Positions 1 through 10,161 of a DNA stretch of 64,000 bases are shown here, one piece after another. The stretch spans positions 5,024,001-5,088,000 of the forward strand of contig OZ245006.1 of NCBI GenBank assembly GCA_965223545.1, in the 5' to 3' direction. The DNA comes from Planctomycetota bacterium (GTDB lineage: Bacteria; Planctomycetota; UBA1135; UBA2386). Under the pieces are notes generated by a model. It searched no databases. It was not told the DNA's origin and was given only the letters and a program-made list of their open reading frames with translations. Every line of letters starts with the position of its first letter. Within the stretch, counting starts at the first letter, position 1. The translations under genes and the position numbers were made by a program.

Positions 1-2260
1 TGGCTGTTGGCGTCGAGAGTGTTGGCGCCGAGGGCGAGGGCGCCGTTGACGGTGAGGGTTCCGTTCGATTGCAGGGAGTTGGCCGCGGTGACGGCCGGGC
101 CGGTGATCAGCAGACTCGAGAACACGGAGGTCCCGGTCGAGGACTGGAAGGACTGGGCTCCGGCGCCATCGAACACGACGGTGCCACTGGTGGGAGCGAA
201 GGCGTCGTCGGTGGACAAGTTGCCGGCAAAACGCATCGTGTCCGGCGGCGCGGTGACGCTGGTTCCGGCGAAGGTGGCGTTGCCGTCGACATCGAAGACG
301 CCGGAGCTCCAGCGCGTGAGGGTGCCGGCCAGCATCTGGGCGTCGCCGGTGACGTGGAGGGTGTCGCCGGAGTAGGTACGCAGGGTGCCCGACGTGAGGC
401 GGAGCGTGCCGACCGTGACGGTGCCGCGGATGGTGAGCAGGCCGTTGCCGGTCTTGGCGGCATGCACCGTACCGGCGTGGCTGAAGGAGTAGGCGGTGGT
501 GCCGGTGCTGCCGTCGAAGACCAGGTCGCCAGTGCTCAGCAGGGTGGCGTTGCGCAGGTCGAAGTTGCCGGCGAAAGTGTGGTTGGCGGTGCCGAGATCG
601 AGCGTGCCGGAGCCGTTGACGTGGCTGTTGGCGTCGAGAGTGTTGGCGCCGAGGGCGAGGGCGCCGTTGACGGTGAGGATTCCGTTCGAGCGCAGCGCGT
701 TGCTCGCGGTGACGGCCGGGCCGGTGATCGTCAGAGTCGAGAACACGGAGGTCCCGGTCGAGGATTGGAAGGACTGGGCACCGGCGCCATCGAACACGAC
801 GGTGCCACTGGTGGGAGCGAAGGCGGCGTCGGTGGACAGGTTGCCGGCAAACCGCATCGTGTCCGGCGGCGTGGTGACGCTGGTTCCGGCGAAGGTGGCG
901 TCGCCGTCGACATCGAAGACGCCGGAGCTCCAGCGCGTGAGGATGCCGGCCAGCATCTGGGCGTCGCCGGTGACGTGGAGGGTGTCGCCGGAGTAGGTGC
1001 GCAGGGTGCCCGACGTGAGGCGGAGCGTGCCGACCGTGACGGTGCCGCGGATGGTGAGCAAGCCGTTGCCGGTCTTGGCGGCATGCACCGTACCGGCGTG
1101 GCTGAAGGAGTAGGCGGTGGTGCCGGTGCTGCCGTCGAAGACCAGGTCGCCAGTGCTCAGCAGGGTGGCGTTGCGCAGGTCGAAGTTGCCGGCGAAGGTG
1201 TGGTTGGCGGTGCCGAGATCGAGCGTGCCGGAGCCGTTGACGTGGCTGTTGGCGTCGAGAGTGTTGGCGCCGAGGGCGAGGGCGCCGTTGACGGTGAGGA
1301 TTCCGTTCGAGCGCAGCGCGTTGCTCGCGGTGACGGCCGGGCCGGTGATCGTCAGAGTCGAGAACACGGAGGTCCCGGTCGAGGATTGGAAGGACTGGGC
1401 ACCGGCGCCATCGAACACGACGGTGCCACTGGTGGGAGCGAAGGCGGCGTCGGTGGACAGGTTGCCGGCAAACCGCATCGTGTCCGGCGGCGTGGTGACG
1501 CTGGTTCCGGCGAAGGTGGCGTCGCCGTCGACATCGAAGACGCCGGAGCTCCAGCGCGTGAGGGTGCCGGCCAGCATCTGGGCGTCGCCGGTGACGTGGA
1601 GGGTGTCGCCGGAGTAGGTGCGCAGGGTGCCCGACGTGAGGCGGAGCGTGCCGACCGTGACCGTGCCGCGGATGGTGAGCAGGCCGTTGCCGGTCTTGGC
1701 GGCATGCACCGTACCGGCGTGGCTGAAGGAGTAGGCGGTGGTGCCGGTGCTGCCGTCGAAGACCAGGTCGCCAGTGCTCAGCAGGGTGGCGTTGCGCAGG
1801 TCGAAGTTGCCGGCGAAGGTGTGGTTGGCGGTGCCGAGATCGAGCGTGCCGGAGCCGTTGACGTTGCTGTTGGCGTCGAGAGTGTTGGCGCCGAGGGCGA
1901 GGGCGCCGTTGACGGTGAGGATTCCGTTCGAGCGCAGCGCGTTGCTCGCGGTGACGGCCGGGCCGGTGATCGTCAGAGTCGAGAACACGGAGGTCCCGGT
2001 CGAGGACTGGAAGGACTGGGCTCCGGCGCCATCGAACACGACGGTGCCACTGGTGGGAGCGAAGGCGGCGTCGGTGGACAGGTTGCCGGCAAACCGCATC
2101 GTGTTCGGCGGCGCGGTGACGCTGGTCCCTGCGAATGTGGCGTCCCCGTCGACGTCGAAGACGCCGCCGGAAGACCAGCGCGTGAGGGTACCGGCCAGCA
2201 TCAGGGCGTCACCGGTGACGCGGAGGGTGTCAGCGGAGTAGGTGCGCAGGACGCCCGACG
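1..2260. repeat. 621-bp tandem coding repeat, about 3.6 units in the window
   Basis: The same motif recurs at 496, 1117 and 1738 (period 621); units differ by only a few substitutions. Confidence 0.95.
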
Positions 2261-2705
2261 TCAGGGTGAGGTTGCCGGTGACGTTGCTGCCGCGAATCGT
2301 GACCGTCCCGCTGCCGCGGTCGATCTCGAGCTGCGGGCAGGTGACCGCGGACAAGTCGGACGTCGTGGTACCCAGCAGTCGCACCGTGCCATTGCCCGCG
2401 ACGACGCCACTGAGGGCGCCGTACACCTCGAGTGGGGCGGTGGCGTCGACGACGAGGTTGGCGCCCGCTTCGATCGCGAGCGCGCGGCACTGGGGTGGAG
2501 TGGGCTCCCCTGCCGTGGACGCACCCAGCGCGGTGGCGGCCGCGATCGTCGCGTCCGTGCTCGCATTCGGAACACCGTTGGTCCAGTTCGCCGGGTCGCC
2601 CCAAGCACTGCTCGCGGCACCCGTCCAGGTCGTTTGCGCGCTGATTACGGTGGAGAAGCAGGCGAGGACGGCGAGGACGCCGCACAGCAGTTGTGCTCGG
2701 GTCAT
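1..2705 (-). CDS. Large secreted repeat protein (beta-helix/adhesin-like), N-terminal part; runs off the left edge
   Basis: Manual translation from ATG at 2705 gives MTRAQLLCGVLAVLACFSTVISAQTTWTGAASSAWGDPANWTNGVP (signal peptide plus W-rich N-terminal motif), then Gly/Thr/Asn-rich 207-aa repeats. No stop within the window, so it is absent from the ORF track. Confidence 0.85.
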   Translation of the reverse strand, partial: MTRAQLLCGVLAVLACFSTVISAQTTWTGAASSAWGDPANWTNGVPNASTDATIAAATALGASTAGEPTPPQCRALAIEAGANLVVDATAPLEVYGALSGVVAGNGTVRLLGTTTSDLSAVTCPQLEIDRGSGTVTIRGSNVTGNLTLTSGVLRTYSADTLRVTGDALMLAGTLTRWSSGGVFDVDGDATFAGTSVTAPPNTMRFAGNLSTDAAFAPTSGTVVFDGAGAQSFQSSTGTSVFSTLTITGPAVTASNALRSNGILTVNGALALGANTLDANSNVNGSGTLDLGTANHTFAGNFDLRNATLLSTGDLVFDGSTGTTAYSFSHAGTVHAAKTGNGLLTIRGTVTVGTLRLTSGTLRTYSGDTLHVTGDAQMLAGTLTRWSSGVFDVDGDATFAGTSVTTPPDTMRFAGNLSTDAAFAPTSGTVVFDGAGAQSFQSSTGTSVFSTLTITGPAVTASNALRSNGILTVNGALALGANTLDANSHVNGSGTLDLGTANHTFAGNFDLRNATLLSTGDLVFDGSTGTTAYSFSHAGTVHAAKTGNGLLTIRGTVTVGTLRLTSGTLRTYSGDTLHVTGDAQMLAGILTRWSSGVFDVDGDATFAGTSVTTPPDTMRFAGNLSTDAAFAPTSGTVVFDGAGAQSFQSSTGTSVFSTLTITGPAVTASNALRSNGILTVNGALALGANTLDANSHVNGSGTLDLGTANHTFAGNFDLRNATLLSTGDLVFDGSTGTTAYSFSHAGTVHAAKTGNGLLTIRGTVTVGTLRLTSGTLRTYSGDTLHVTGDAQMLAGTLTRWSSGVFDVDGNATFAGTSVTAPPDTMRFAGNLSTDDAFAPTSGTVVFDGAGAQSFQSSTGTSVFSSLLITGPAVTAANSLQSNGTLTVNGALALGANTLDANS

Positions 2706-2871
2706 GGGGCTGGGTCGTCATGGCCGTCGCACTCATCCGGACGGCGTTCGCCCTTCCCAACCCCACTCGGCCCTCGGCCCCGCAGCGAAAGTACTGAAAA
2801 GTACCAGGTGTGGCTCGATCCTCCGTCTGCGCGGGTGGTGGGGGCGCGGCCTGCCGCGGTGGGGCGGCGAG

Positions 2872-2898
2872 GCGAGAAAATCGAGCCGGACTCCGTAC
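2872..2898 (-). repeat. REP-like unit (GTAC-GGAGTC-C-GGCTC variant)
   Basis: Minus strand reads gtacggagtccggctcgattttctcgc directly after the lpdA stop; nearly identical to 48540-48566. Confidence 0.7.
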
Positions 2899-4293
2899 TT
2901 ACTGGAAGATGTGGACGGCCATTTTGTGGACCGCTTCGCTGGCTTCCATGATGGTCTCGGGCAAGGTCGGGTGCGCGTGGATGGTCTGCGCGATGTCGCC
3001 GATCGTGGCGCCCATCTCGATCGCCAGCGCGCCCTCGGCGATCAGCTCGGTGACCTCGGGGCCGATCATGTGCAGGCCGAGCAGGCGGTCGGTCTTCGCG
3101 TCGGCGATGACCTTGACCCAGCCGTCGGTCATGTTGAGCGACATGGCGCGGCCCGAGGCGCCGAACGGGAACTTGCCCTCGGCGACCTCGAATCCCGCCT
3201 CTTTGGCTTCTTCGGCGGTGAGGCCGACGCTGGCGATCTCGGGATCGGTGAAGATCACGGCCGGGATGCAGGCCGGGTCGTAGGCGGCGCCTTTGTCGCC
3301 GGCGATCGCCGCCGCCGCCACTAGGCCCTCGTGGCTGCCCTTGTGCGCCAGCATCGGCTGGCCGGCGACGTCGCCGACCGCCCAGATCCCCGGCACATTG
3401 GTCTGTCGTTGGTGGTCGACCGCGATGAAGCCGCGCTCGTCGACCTGCACGCCGGCCGCTTCGAGGCCGAGCCCCTTGGCCAGCGGCCGGCGGCCGACGG
3501 TCGACAGGATCACGTCGCATTCGTGCGTCGTGGTCTTGCCCTTCGTCTCGACCTCTACGCTCAGGCCCGCCTTGGTCTTCTTGAAGCCGACTGCCTTGGA
3601 CTCGAGGTGGACCGGGATCTTCTTCTTCTTCAGCGAGCGGCCCATCTCCTTCGACAGCTCGGCGTCCATGCCGGGCAGCACGCGGTCCATGAACTCGACG
3701 ACGCGGACTTCACTGCCGAGGTTGTGGTAGACGAGGCCGAGCTCGAGGCCGATGTAGCCGCCGCCGATCACCAGCATCCGCTTGGGAATGGCGGCCGGCG
3801 CGAGCGCCTCGGTCGATCCCCAGACGTGCTCGCCGAAGGGGAAGCCCGGTATCTCGATCGGCACCGAGCCGGTGGCGACCACGACGTGTTGGGTCTGCAC
3901 GGTGGTCTTCTTGCCGTCCCCGCCTTCGATCGCGACTTCGTTGCGGCTGATCACCGACGCCGTGCCGCTGTGCACGTCGATCTTGTGCTTCTTGAGCAAG
4001 CCGCCGACGCCGCCGGTCAGCTTGCCGACGATGCCCTCCTTCCACTTGACCAGCGTCTCGACCTCGAGGCCGAGGCCCTCGACCTTGATCCCCATGACCT
4101 GGGCGTTCTTGATCTTCTTGACCAGGCTGCCAGCCGCGATCAGCGCCTTGCTGGGAATGCAACCCACGTTGAGACAGGTGCCGCCCAGGGCTTCCTTCTC
4201 GACGACGGCGACCTTCAAGCCGAGCTGTGCGCAGCGGATCGCGCACACGTAGCCGGCCGGACCGGCGCCGATGACGACGACGTTGTACTTCAT
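2899..4293 (-). CDS. lpdA: Dihydrolipoyl dehydrogenase (E3)
   Basis: GAGPAG FAD motif, GGTCLNVGCIPSK redox disulfide, GGGYIGLE, HAHPTLPE. Confidence 0.97.
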   Translation of the reverse strand: MKYNVVVIGAGPAGYVCAIRCAQLGLKVAVVEKEALGGTCLNVGCIPSKALIAAGSLVKKIKNAQVMGIKVEGLGLEVETLVKWKEGIVGKLTGGVGGLLKKHKIDVHSGTASVISRNEVAIEGGDGKKTTVQTQHVVVATGSVPIEIPGFPFGEHVWGSTEALAPAAIPKRMLVIGGGYIGLELGLVYHNLGSEVRVVEFMDRVLPGMDAELSKEMGRSLKKKKIPVHLESKAVGFKKTKAGLSVEVETKGKTTTHECDVILSTVGRRPLAKGLGLEAAGVQVDERGFIAVDHQRQTNVPGIWAVGDVAGQPMLAHKGSHEGLVAAAAIAGDKGAAYDPACIPAVIFTDPEIASVGLTAEEAKEAGFEVAEGKFPFGASGRAMSLNMTDGWVKVIADAKTDRLLGLHMIGPEVTELIAEGALAIEMGATIGDIAQTIHAHPTLPETIMEASEAVHKMAVHIFQ

Positions 4294-4337
4294 GGAATCG
4301 GAGGTCGAACGGGAAGGGGTCTGGGGGTCGGTGGCGG

Positions 4338-5534
4338 TCATGCGGGCAGCTCGCGGTCGAAGTGGTCTTGCAGGCCCGGCGGGATGTCGGCGAAGACGTC
4401 CTCGAGCAGCGTTTCCGCCGCTGGTGTGCCGCCCTGTTCGGCTTCGCGGATGGCGCTGTTGACACTGGCGGCGATCTCGTCGACGAGGGCGGTTTCCTTG
4501 CCGTCGTCCCACAGCTCGCGCTTCTGCATGTAGCGTCGCAAGCGCTCGATCGGATCGCGGCGTTCCCACGCCTCGACTTCCTTGTCGTCGCGGTAGCGCG
4601 ACGGGTCGTCCGACGAGCTGTGCCCCAGCCGCCGGTAGGTGACGGCCTCGACGAACGTCGGGCCATCGCCGGCGCGCGCGCGCGCCGCGGCCTCACGCGT
4701 CACTTGGTAGACGGCGAGCACGTCGTTGCCGTCGACGCGGACGCTCCGCATGCCGTAGGCCTTGCCCTTGGCGGCGATCGTCTCGGAGGCGTGCTGCTGG
4801 GTCACCGGCACCGAAATCGCCCACTGGTTGTTCTGGCAGAACAGGATCACCGGCGCTCGATAGACCTCCGCGAAGTTCATGCCGGCGTGGAAGTCGTTGG
4901 TGCTGGTGGCGCCATCGCCGAGGTAGCCGAGGATCACGCAATCGTCGCCGCGGGTCTTTGCCGCCATCGCCGCGCCGACCGCGTGCGTGATCTGCGTGCC
5001 GACGACCGACGACATCGCGATGTAGCGCCCCTCTTTCAAGGTGTAGTGGCACGGCATCTGCCGGCCCTTGCAGCGGTCGAGATCGTTGCCGATCAGCTGG
5101 GCGATCGCGGAGTGCATCGGCAGGCCGCGCATCATCGCCGCCGCGCCCTCGCGGAGCGCTGGGAAGATCCAATCGCGCTCTTCGACCCCGGCGACGGAGC
5201 CCACGGTCGCCGCTTCCTGACCGAGGATGGGGCCGTAGAACCCGATGCGTCCCTGGCGCTGCAGAATCAACATGCGGCGATCGAACTCGCGCACCTCCAC
5301 CATCGTCCGGTAGAGATACAACAGGGTGTCGTCGTCCACCGGGCAGTCGCCACGCAGGACGCCATCCTCGCCGAGGATGGACACCATGTGGCCCTCGCCG
5401 GGCGGCGCCGCCGCGGCGCCCGCCTCGGCGGCGTGCGCGCCCGCCGTCTTCTTGCTGGCCGAGCGCCGCCCCTTGCTCGCGTTGCGCGTGCGCGCCGATC
5501 TCTTCGACGCGGCCTGCTTGGAGCTCTTGGCCAT
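4338..5534 (-). CDS. 2-oxoacid dehydrogenase E1 alpha subunit (second paralog)
   Basis: QRQGRIGFY, GDGAT...QNN TPP-binding motif, GHSSSDD loop; Lys/Ala-rich N-terminal extension. Confidence 0.93.
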   Translation of the reverse strand: MAKSSKQAASKRSARTRNASKGRRSASKKTAGAHAAEAGAAAAPPGEGHMVSILGEDGVLRGDCPVDDDTLLYLYRTMVEVREFDRRMLILQRQGRIGFYGPILGQEAATVGSVAGVEERDWIFPALREGAAAMMRGLPMHSAIAQLIGNDLDRCKGRQMPCHYTLKEGRYIAMSSVVGTQITHAVGAAMAAKTRGDDCVILGYLGDGATSTNDFHAGMNFAEVYRAPVILFCQNNQWAISVPVTQQHASETIAAKGKAYGMRSVRVDGNDVLAVYQVTREAAARARAGDGPTFVEAVTYRRLGHSSSDDPSRYRDDKEVEAWERRDPIERLRRYMQKRELWDDGKETALVDEIAASVNSAIREAEQGGTPAAETLLEDVFADIPPGLQDHFDRELPA

Positions 5535-5536
5535 GC

Positions 5537-6871
5537 TCACAACCGTCCGAGCAGCAAGCGCCGCGGGCTCTCCAGGCATTCCTTGATCACGTTCATCCAG
5601 CGGGCGCCCATCGCGCCGTCGACGATGCGGTGATCGATACTGACCGAGAGGTACATCACATCGCCGACCTCGATGCGGCCGTCGGCGGTGACGACCGGCG
5701 TCTTCTTGATCGCGTGGACACCGCAGATCGCCACTTCGGGGAAGTTGATGATCGGCGTGGCGAACAGGCCGCCGATGTTGCCGGCGTTGGTGATCGTGAA
5801 CGTGCCGCCCTGCAGGTCGTCGACCGACACCTTGCCTTCGCGCGTTCTGGCCGCCAGCTCCTGGATCTCGCGCGCCAGCTCGGCGATCGACTTGCGGTCG
5901 ACGTCTTTGATGACCGGCACGATCAGCCCGGCGTCGGTGTCGGTGGCGATGCCGAAGTTGTAGTAGTGCTTGATGACGAGCTCGTCGGTGCTCTCGTCGA
6001 GGGCGGCGTTCATCATCGGGAACTGCTTCATCGCCTCGACGATGGCTTTCATGATGAACGGCAAGTAGGTGATGTTGACGCCCTTGTCCTTGAACTCGGC
6101 CTTGGCTTCGCGGCGCAAGGCGACGAGGTCGGTGACGTTGATGTCGTCGACGTAGGTGAAGTGCGCGGCGGTGCTCTTCGAACGCGCCATCGCCTCGGCG
6201 ATCTTGCGTCGCAGGCCGCGGAACGGCACCCGCTCTTCGCTGCCCGAGCTGGGGATCGCCACCGGCGTCCTCGGTGCCGCGGCCGGTGCGGGCGCCGCCG
6301 CCGGCGCGGTGGGCGCCGGTGCTGCGGTGGCCGTGCCGCCTTGTTCGAGGAACCCCTGCAGATCGTCATTGGTGACGCGACCGCGCGGGCCGGTGCCCTG
6401 CACTTGGTGCAGGTCGACGCCCATCTCGCGCGCGCGGCGTCGGGTGGCCGGTGCGGCGAGCACCTTGCCGGGCGATGCCTGCTCGAAGCCGCCGGCGGCG
6501 GCCCCGACCGGCTCGGGCGTTGCCGCCTCCGGCGTTGGCGCGGCCGGCCGCGGTACCTCGGTCGGGGTCTCGGCTGCGGGAGCCGTGGCTTCGGTACCGG
6601 CACCGGCGGTGCCGTTGCCGCCGCCCGCCGCCGCGGTGTCGATCACCGCGATGACGCTCTCGACCGGCACGACGTCGCCCTCCTTGCAGCGCAGCTCGGC
6701 GATGACGCCATCGTGCGGCACGGTGATCATCACCGTCGCCTTGTCGGTCATCACCTCGACGAACTCGTCCTCTTCCTTGACCTGTTGTCCGACCTCGACC
6801 TTCCAGCCGACGATCTCACCTTCGGCGATGCCCTCGCCGATGTCGGGAAGCCGAAACTCCAACTTTGACAT
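5537..6871 (-). CDS. Dihydrolipoamide acyltransferase (E2)
   Basis: Lipoyl domain (TDKA), E3-binding domain (GTGPRGRVT), catalytic DHRIVDG. Confidence 0.96.
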   Translation of the reverse strand: MSKLEFRLPDIGEGIAEGEIVGWKVEVGQQVKEEDEFVEVMTDKATVMITVPHDGVIAELRCKEGDVVPVESVIAVIDTAAAGGGNGTAGAGTEATAPAAETPTEVPRPAAPTPEAATPEPVGAAAGGFEQASPGKVLAAPATRRRAREMGVDLHQVQGTGPRGRVTNDDLQGFLEQGGTATAAPAPTAPAAAPAPAAAPRTPVAIPSSGSEERVPFRGLRRKIAEAMARSKSTAAHFTYVDDINVTDLVALRREAKAEFKDKGVNITYLPFIMKAIVEAMKQFPMMNAALDESTDELVIKHYYNFGIATDTDAGLIVPVIKDVDRKSIAELAREIQELAARTREGKVSVDDLQGGTFTITNAGNIGGLFATPIINFPEVAICGVHAIKKTPVVTADGRIEVGDVMYLSVSIDHRIVDGAMGARWMNVIKECLESPRRLLLGRL

Positions 6872-6898
6872 TTGTGTTCTCCGTGCGCGGAAGGGGAT

Positions 6899-7912
6899 CT
6901 ACCAGCTGAAGGTGCGCTCGATGCCGCGCAGCACGCGGCGGGCATCGGGCATGTAGAGGTTTTCGAGGGTGTAGGGAAACGGTGTGTCGAAACCGGTGAC
7001 GCGCGCGATCGGGCCCTCGAGGTGCTCGATGGCCTTCTCGGCGACGATGGCCGCGATCTCGCCGGCGAAGCTGCCGGTGCGGGGTGCTTCACAGAGCACC
7101 ACGCAGCGCCCGGTCTTGCGCACCGACTCCAGGATCAGCTCCTCGTCCAGCGGCACCAGGGTGCGCGGGTCGACGATCTCGATGCTGCGGCCTTGCTCGT
7201 CGGCCTGCGCTGCGGCCTTCTCGGCCACTTGCACCATGGCGCCCCACGCGATGACGGTGCAGTCGGTGCCTTCGCGCACGATGCGCCCCTTGCCGAGCGG
7301 CACGACGTACTCCCCGGTCGGCACCTCGGCCTTGACCTTGAGGTCGCGGTAGATCTTCTTCGGCTCGAAGAACATCACCGGGTCTTCATCGCGGATCGAG
7401 GCCACCAGCAGCCCCTTGGCGTCGGCCGGCGTCGATGGCATCACCACCTTGAGCCCCGGCGTGTGACAGAAGTACGCCTCGCTGGACTGGCTGTGGTAGT
7501 GGCCGCCGCGAATGCCGCCACCCGAAGGCGCGCGGATCACCAGGGGACAGGTGTACTCACCACCGCTGCGGTAGCGCATCTTGGCCGCTTCCGACACGAT
7601 CTGGTCGAACGCCGGATAGATGAAGTCCAAGAACTGGATCTCGGCGACCGGTCGCATGCCGTAGACCGCCATGCCGACCGCGGTGCCGATGATGCCGCAC
7701 TCCGAGAGCGGCGTGTCGAAGCAGCGCGGCTCGCCGAACTTGTCCTGCAGGCCCTGCGTCACGCCAAAGACGCCGCCCTTGCGGCCGACGTCCTCGCCGA
7801 AGACCACGACGCGGTCGTCGTTGGCCATCTCGTGGTGGAGGGCGTCGTTGACGGCCTCCAGCAAGGTCATGGTCTTCATACTCGATCCCTTGGGTGTTTC
7901 CGTTGCGGTCAT
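6899..7912 (-). CDS. 2-oxoacid dehydrogenase E1 beta subunit
   Basis: GEDVG, DTPLSE, EIQFLDF, GGHYHSQS motifs. The start may be the downstream Met (MKTMTL). Confidence 0.96.
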   Translation of the reverse strand: MTATETPKGSSMKTMTLLEAVNDALHHEMANDDRVVVFGEDVGRKGGVFGVTQGLQDKFGEPRCFDTPLSECGIIGTAVGMAVYGMRPVAEIQFLDFIYPAFDQIVSEAAKMRYRSGGEYTCPLVIRAPSGGGIRGGHYHSQSSEAYFCHTPGLKVVMPSTPADAKGLLVASIRDEDPVMFFEPKKIYRDLKVKAEVPTGEYVVPLGKGRIVREGTDCTVIAWGAMVQVAEKAAAQADEQGRSIEIVDPRTLVPLDEELILESVRKTGRCVVLCEAPRTGSFAGEIAAIVAEKAIEHLEGPIARVTGFDTPFPYTLENLYMPDARRVLRGIERTFSW

Positions 7913-7933
7913 CTGTCGTCCTCTCTCGTCTGC

Positions 7934-9040
7934 TCAGAGCGGGAAGGCGCCCTGCTCTTCCTCCGCCGGGCCTTCCAGGGACAGCAACGACTCGCGCTGC
8001 TCGGCGAGTTGCGCGGTCGGGTTCATGAAGACGTCGTCGAACATCGTCTCGGGTGCCGGCGCCGAGCGCGCCTCGGCGCGCTTGATCGCCGCGTTGATCT
8101 CGTCCTTGCCCTGCTCGTGGCACTCGGTCTCGAGCTTCTCGCTCCAGATCCCCTTCTGCTTGAGGTAGGCCTGGAACCGGGCGATCGGGTCGCGCTTCTT
8201 CCAGCGCTCCCACTCCTTCTTGTCACGGTAGCGGTCGGCGTCGTCCGACGAGCTGTGCGAGCCGATGCGGTAGGTCACGGTCTCCACCAGGGTCGGGCCC
8301 TCGCCCTGCCGCGCGCGCTCGACCGCCTCCTTGCAGACGCGGTAGACCGCGAGCACGTCGTTGCCGTCGACGCGCACGCCGGGCATGCCATACGCCTCGG
8401 CCTTCGCCGCGATGGTCTCCGACGCGGTCTGTTGCTGCACCGGCACCGAGATCGCCCACTGGTTGTTCTCGCAGACGAACACTACCGGCGCCTTGTAGAC
8501 GCCGGCGAAGTTGAGCCCGCAGTGGAAGTCGTTCGAGCTGGTGCCGCCATCGCCGCAGAAGCTCATGAACGCGGTGTCGTCGCCGCGCAGCCGGGCCGCC
8601 ATCGCGGCGCCGGCGGCCTGGGTGAGCTGGGTGCCGATCGGCGAGCTGATCGAGAAGAAGTTGATCGAGCGCAGGCTGTAATGCACCGGCATCTGTCGGC
8701 CTTTGCACACGTCACCGTCGTTGCCGTACCACTGGCAGATGACGTCGTCGAGGTCGGCGCCGCGCAGCAGCATGATGCCGGGCTGGCGGTAGGCCGGGAA
8801 CAACCAGTCGCTGTCCTTCAGCGCAAAGGCGGAACCGATGTGGCTGGCCTCTTGCCCGGTCGACACGAGGTAGAAGCCGATGCGGCCCTGCCGCTGCAGC
8901 GCGAGCGCGCGTTCGTCGAGGATCCGCGTCTGCACCATGACCCGGTACAGCTTCTCCAGCTGCTCCGGAGGCAAGTTGGGGTCCTTGTCCTTGGCCGTGC
9001 GGCCGTCCTTCTCGATGATCGTGAGGGTCTTGGTGGTCAT
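7934..9040 (-). CDS. 2-oxoacid dehydrogenase E1 alpha subunit
   Basis: QRQGRIGFY, GDGGT...ENN, SHSSSDD. Confidence 0.95.
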   Translation of the reverse strand: MTTKTLTIIEKDGRTAKDKDPNLPPEQLEKLYRVMVQTRILDERALALQRQGRIGFYLVSTGQEASHIGSAFALKDSDWLFPAYRQPGIMLLRGADLDDVICQWYGNDGDVCKGRQMPVHYSLRSINFFSISSPIGTQLTQAAGAAMAARLRGDDTAFMSFCGDGGTSSNDFHCGLNFAGVYKAPVVFVCENNQWAISVPVQQQTASETIAAKAEAYGMPGVRVDGNDVLAVYRVCKEAVERARQGEGPTLVETVTYRIGSHSSSDDADRYRDKKEWERWKKRDPIARFQAYLKQKGIWSEKLETECHEQGKDEINAAIKRAEARSAPAPETMFDDVFMNPTAQLAEQRESLLSLEGPAEEEQGAFPL

Positions 9041-9960
9041 GACAGCTGGCTCGTCTCCTCCGCGGACTTCCGGCGCCGCAGCATGCCCTCGATGTAGAAC
9101 TCGGCCGCCTTGTAGGAGGACCGCACCAGCGGTCCCGACGCGACGTACAAGAAGCCCTTGCGCAGTGCGCGGCGCTCGAGGGCCTTGAACCGGCCGGGCG
9201 AGACGTGCTCGCGCACCGGCAGGTGCTTGAGTGTGGGGCGGAGGTACTGCCCGAAGGTGACGACGTCGACGGCGGCGTCGCGGAGATCGTCCATCGCGGT
9301 CTCGACCTCCGCTTCCGATTCGCCGAGGCCCAACATCAGCGACGATTTGGTGACCACGCCGGGCCGCAGCTCCTTGGCGCGCCGCAACACCGCCAACGAG
9401 CGTTCGTACGAGCAGCGGAAGTCGCGCACCCGCGGAGTCAGGCGAGCCACCGTCTCGACGTTGTGAGCGAACACGTCGACCGGACTGTCGAGGAGCGTGG
9501 CCAGCGGCCCGTCCTCGCCGGCGAAATCGCCGGTCAGGGCTTCCACGAGGACGTCCGGGTCGCGGTTCTTGAGGGCGGCGACCGTGGCGCCGACGTGGGC
9601 GGCTCCGCCGTCGGGCAGGTCGTCGCGGTCGACCATGGTCAGCACGACGTAGCGAAGCCCCATCGCGGTGGCGGCTTCGGCAACCTTGGTCGGCTCGTCG
9701 GGGTCGACTGGCTGCCCTTTGGCGTGGGTCTTCACCGCGCAGAAGCGGCAGCCGCGGGTGCAGACGTCACCCAGCACCATGAATGTGGCCGTGCCGCCGT
9801 CCCAGCACTCGCCCATGTTGGGACAGCGCGCCTCCTCGCACACCGTGTGCAAACCGCGGCGACGCAGGATGGAGCGGAGCGCAGCGGTGGTCTCGCCAGC
9901 GGGCAGCGGGACCTTCAGCCAAGTCGGCTTGGGGGCGGGGGTGATCCGGTGGGCGGGCAT
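9037..9960 (-). CDS. lipA: Lipoyl synthase
   Basis: CEEARCPNMGEC (CX4CX5C), CTRGCRFC radical-SAM motif, RSSY. Start could be 9987. Confidence 0.96.
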   Translation of the reverse strand: MPAHRITPAPKPTWLKVPLPAGETTAALRSILRRRGLHTVCEEARCPNMGECWDGGTATFMVLGDVCTRGCRFCAVKTHAKGQPVDPDEPTKVAEAATAMGLRYVVLTMVDRDDLPDGGAAHVGATVAALKNRDPDVLVEALTGDFAGEDGPLATLLDSPVDVFAHNVETVARLTPRVRDFRCSYERSLAVLRRAKELRPGVVTKSSLMLGLGESEAEVETAMDDLRDAAVDVVTFGQYLRPTLKHLPVREHVSPGRFKALERRALRKGFLYVASGPLVRSSYKAAEFYIEGMLRRRKSAEETSQLS

Positions 9961-10039
9961 CGAGGGGCGGACAGGGTACGGAGTCATCGGCCGCCAGCAA
10001 GCGCGATCCTCTATGGATGCCGAAGAGAATGTCAAAACT

Positions 10040-10150
10040 GGATTCTCGGTGGAATCTCAACCCGGATATGCTTGAATCACGGCGGTGAAGGGCGTCCCCC
10101 CGTGCGGCGGGGGCGGCCGACACAGAACTAGATTCTGACCAGTATTTCAA
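10040..10150. promoter_or_regulatory. Divergent lipA/TetR intergenic region with candidate operators
   Basis: AT-richer imperfect palindromes gattc-tcggtg-gaatc (about 10042-10057) and tagattctgaccagtatttca (about 10129-10149) lie between divergent genes. Confidence 0.3.
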
Positions 10151-10161
10151 AACCGCTCCGC

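Noticed and set aside
69..2951. 960-aa plus-strand ORF and repeated 166-aa ORFs
   Set aside because: Antisense shadows of the real minus-strand repeat protein, which has a signal peptide and a natural composition.
9976..9990. gtacggagtc as another REP copy
   Set aside because: Only the first 10 nt match; the hairpin's second arm is absent.
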